Assembly (NCBI RefSeq): GCF_021869535.1
Contig: NW_026262674.1
Coordinates: 2,852,001-2,916,000, forward strand
Source: Mytilus californianus
Taxonomy: Eukaryota
DNA: 64,000 bases
Reading direction: 5' to 3'
Positions 62,076-64,000 of this stretch are shown here, piece after piece. Below the pieces are notes generated by a model, which was not told the origin of the DNA, did not search any database, and saw only the letters and a list, made by a program, of their open reading frames with translations. How positions within the stretch are numbered: position 1 is the stretch's first letter; every line of letters starts with the position of its first letter. The position numbers and the translations under genes were made by a program.

Positions 62076-63250
62076 CTTGAAACTTTCACCATTGACAGCT
62101 ACATAATCATTCAAAAATACTGATATCAAAAATCTTTTAGAATATAGCTATTCATTAGCTCTCGATACACAAAGGTTCAAATATATCAAGCAAGAATTTG
62201 TCATAGTTGTCAAAACTCAAGTCAAAGGACTGGTGTACCAATAAAGTTTTTTTTTCTATTCAATTCAAAACATCCTGACTTTAAACAAAACTACCAAGTG
62301 CTTACTGAACATCACATATACAAATATACCATCTACTTTTCATAGAAAAAGAAGGCATTGTTAGAAAAATAGCCCGAATATCCAAGAATATAAAGAATGA
62401 AATTGATTTTATAATAACTTTTCTTCATAAAAATAATTATGCATATTACATACATAAATATTTCAACATGTACAGTACATACGCATAATATATACAAAAT
62501 TTTAAAATGCAAACCGTTAACTCAACAAAGAAAAACAGCTTTCACTGTATAACTTACATAACCGACCGTGGGAGACTCACGTGGGTAGTCAAGGTCATTT
62601 GTAGAAGTCACTCACATAAAACGTAAGTCATATGTATAATCACAATAAAACTTGATACAACTACCAACATGACCAACAAAAACGCTTATTATGTAAAATT
62701 CTCATAAAAAATTACTTTGCGATTAAATTTATCTGTGATTACATGATTTCTGATTATGTATTGACTAGAAGCCAAAAATATGCTGAGGAAACATGATTTT
62801 CATTATTTACGTTTAAAAGTTCAAGGGGGAGTTGGGAGAATTTCTTGTGGATAATAAAAAATTTTTAAAACATGAAAACATATTTGAGTGTATCCTAAAT
62901 ACTAAAAATAGATCGTTATATCAGTCGTTTCCTAAATAAGGAATTCATTAAATTTCACATCAAAATTGAAGAACTTGTGTTTTGTAAATACATGTAAAAA
63001 TATTTATTTATGTCATTAAAGTTGCTCTTTTTCAAAATTACTTTAAATGCTAAAATGAGCACGATACTATTTTCGTAAAAATTTATATAACAATCCCATT
63101 TCAGTATTGCTATTTATAAATATACAATGTTATCTTTGTACAATACAAACCAGGTGATTTATCTCCTGCTAGTGTTCAATGAACTATTCTTTAAAAAGTG
63201 GTCACTCCTGACATACTGCGACAACACTCTAATTTAACATCTTATAGTAA

Positions 63251-63465
63251 GGGAGCTACCATTTGATTTTTATGGGCGGGGGGCAAGGATGAAATTTGAA
63301 AAAAATAGGCAGGACAGGAGTTTTGACAATTAATGTAAAAAAAAAAAAAGGCAGGACCGAATAGAGTGAAAAATAAAAACGCAGGACAGAGACTAAAAAT
63401 TAAAAAAAATGCAGGACAAAAATTTTTCATCCTAGCCCCCCCATAAATATCAAATGGTAGCTCCC
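63251..63465. mobile_element. MITE with TIRs gggagctaccatttga / tcaaatggtagctccc
   Basis: 16-bp perfect terminal inverted match that extends imperfectly inward. Confidence 0.88.
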
Positions 63466-63685
63466 ATTATTACATATCAACTAACCGGAATTATTCAATG
63501 CACTACTATATATACCAATAAAAAAATTAAGGTAGACATTTTGAGGCATTGAAAATAGGGTTGTATTGGCAACCCTAAACACTAGTAGTTTTGTTTTTGG
63601 CCTTACACAAAGCTTTATTTCAGTTTAAAACAAAATGTCTATAAAGTCTAATTCTTTCAAGTATCCCTAATAAATGCTGTAAAAA

Positions 63686-63820
63686 CTTCATATCAGTTTT
63701 ATGGCAAGTAAACAGTCTAATTATCTTCTGGTATCACCACATACACTACTTCCTTCATATCAGTTTTATGAAAGGATAACAGTCTGATTATCTTCTGGTA
63801 TCACCACATACACCACTTCC
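63686..63820 (-). repeat. 67-bp tandem duplication covering the last codons and stop of the edge ORF
   Basis: cttcatatcagttttatg...ttatcttctggtatcaccacatacac(t/c)acttc at 63686 and 63753. Confidence 0.92.
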
Positions 63821-63999
63821 TCACCATTCTCCATTCCTTCATAAATGATCCCTTCTGGCAAGTTAATAGTAGTAGTTCCATCAAACAGAGTTGTTCCCCC
63901 TGAGGCAGTGATTTCTCCCGACTCTGAATCAAACTGAATATGCTGAACAGCATTAGAAGAGTCTCCTTCTGATGTCTGTATCTCGTATGACCCTGGGAC
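63766..63999 (-). CDS. 3' end of an unidentified acidic protein running in from the window edge
   Basis: Open frame from the edge to the TAA at 63766-63768: VPGSYEIQTSEGDSSNAVQHIQFDSESGEITASGGTTLFDGTTTINLPEGIIYEGMENGEEVVYVVIPEDNQTVILS*. GC content is above the flanks, and the ORF track missed it because the start lies outside the window. Confidence 0.6.
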   Translation of the reverse strand, partial: VPGSYEIQTSEGDSSNAVQHIQFDSESGEITASGGTTLFDGTTTINLPEGIIYEGMENGEEVVYVVIPEDNQTVILS

Positions 64000-64000
64000 A

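Overview
AT-rich eukaryotic genomic DNA. Spliceosomal introns, a Penelope-type RT fragment and repeat families I recall from Mytilus-type bivalves point to a mussel-like mollusc; the taxon is an inference. There is no rRNA, true tRNA or CRISPR array. Genes: (1) a TRIM-like pseudogene on the minus strand (12.7-15.2 kb) with a 46-aa internal repeat, a coiled-coil remnant and a beta-propeller; (2) an orphan ankyrin-coding segment (16.8-17.0 kb); (3) a decayed Academ-like XPG/Cys-rich transposase (18.7-20.2 kb); (4) an intact single-coding-exon RING/B-box/B-box/coiled-coil/beta-propeller TRIM-like gene (20934-22856); (5) an 11-exon secreted mosaic gene of about 1126 aa (35.5-52.4 kb): signal peptide, Ly6/uPAR three-finger domain, 6 full plus 1 partial ShK-like domains, Thr/Glu mucin-like stalk and IgGFc-binding domain, with all splice phases consistent; (6) the 3' end of an acidic ORF entering from the right edge. 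Three satellites (51, 36 and 82 bp units) and many MITE, HINE, SINE, LINE and PLE fragments fill the rest. Most striking pattern: three separate genes each carry a tandem amplification of their own last codons plus stop codon (36 bp x ~180, 28 bp x 6, 67 bp x 2). The 6.6-kb satellite is therefore an expanded gene terminus, and it reads as back-to-back ATG...TGA mini-ORFs.
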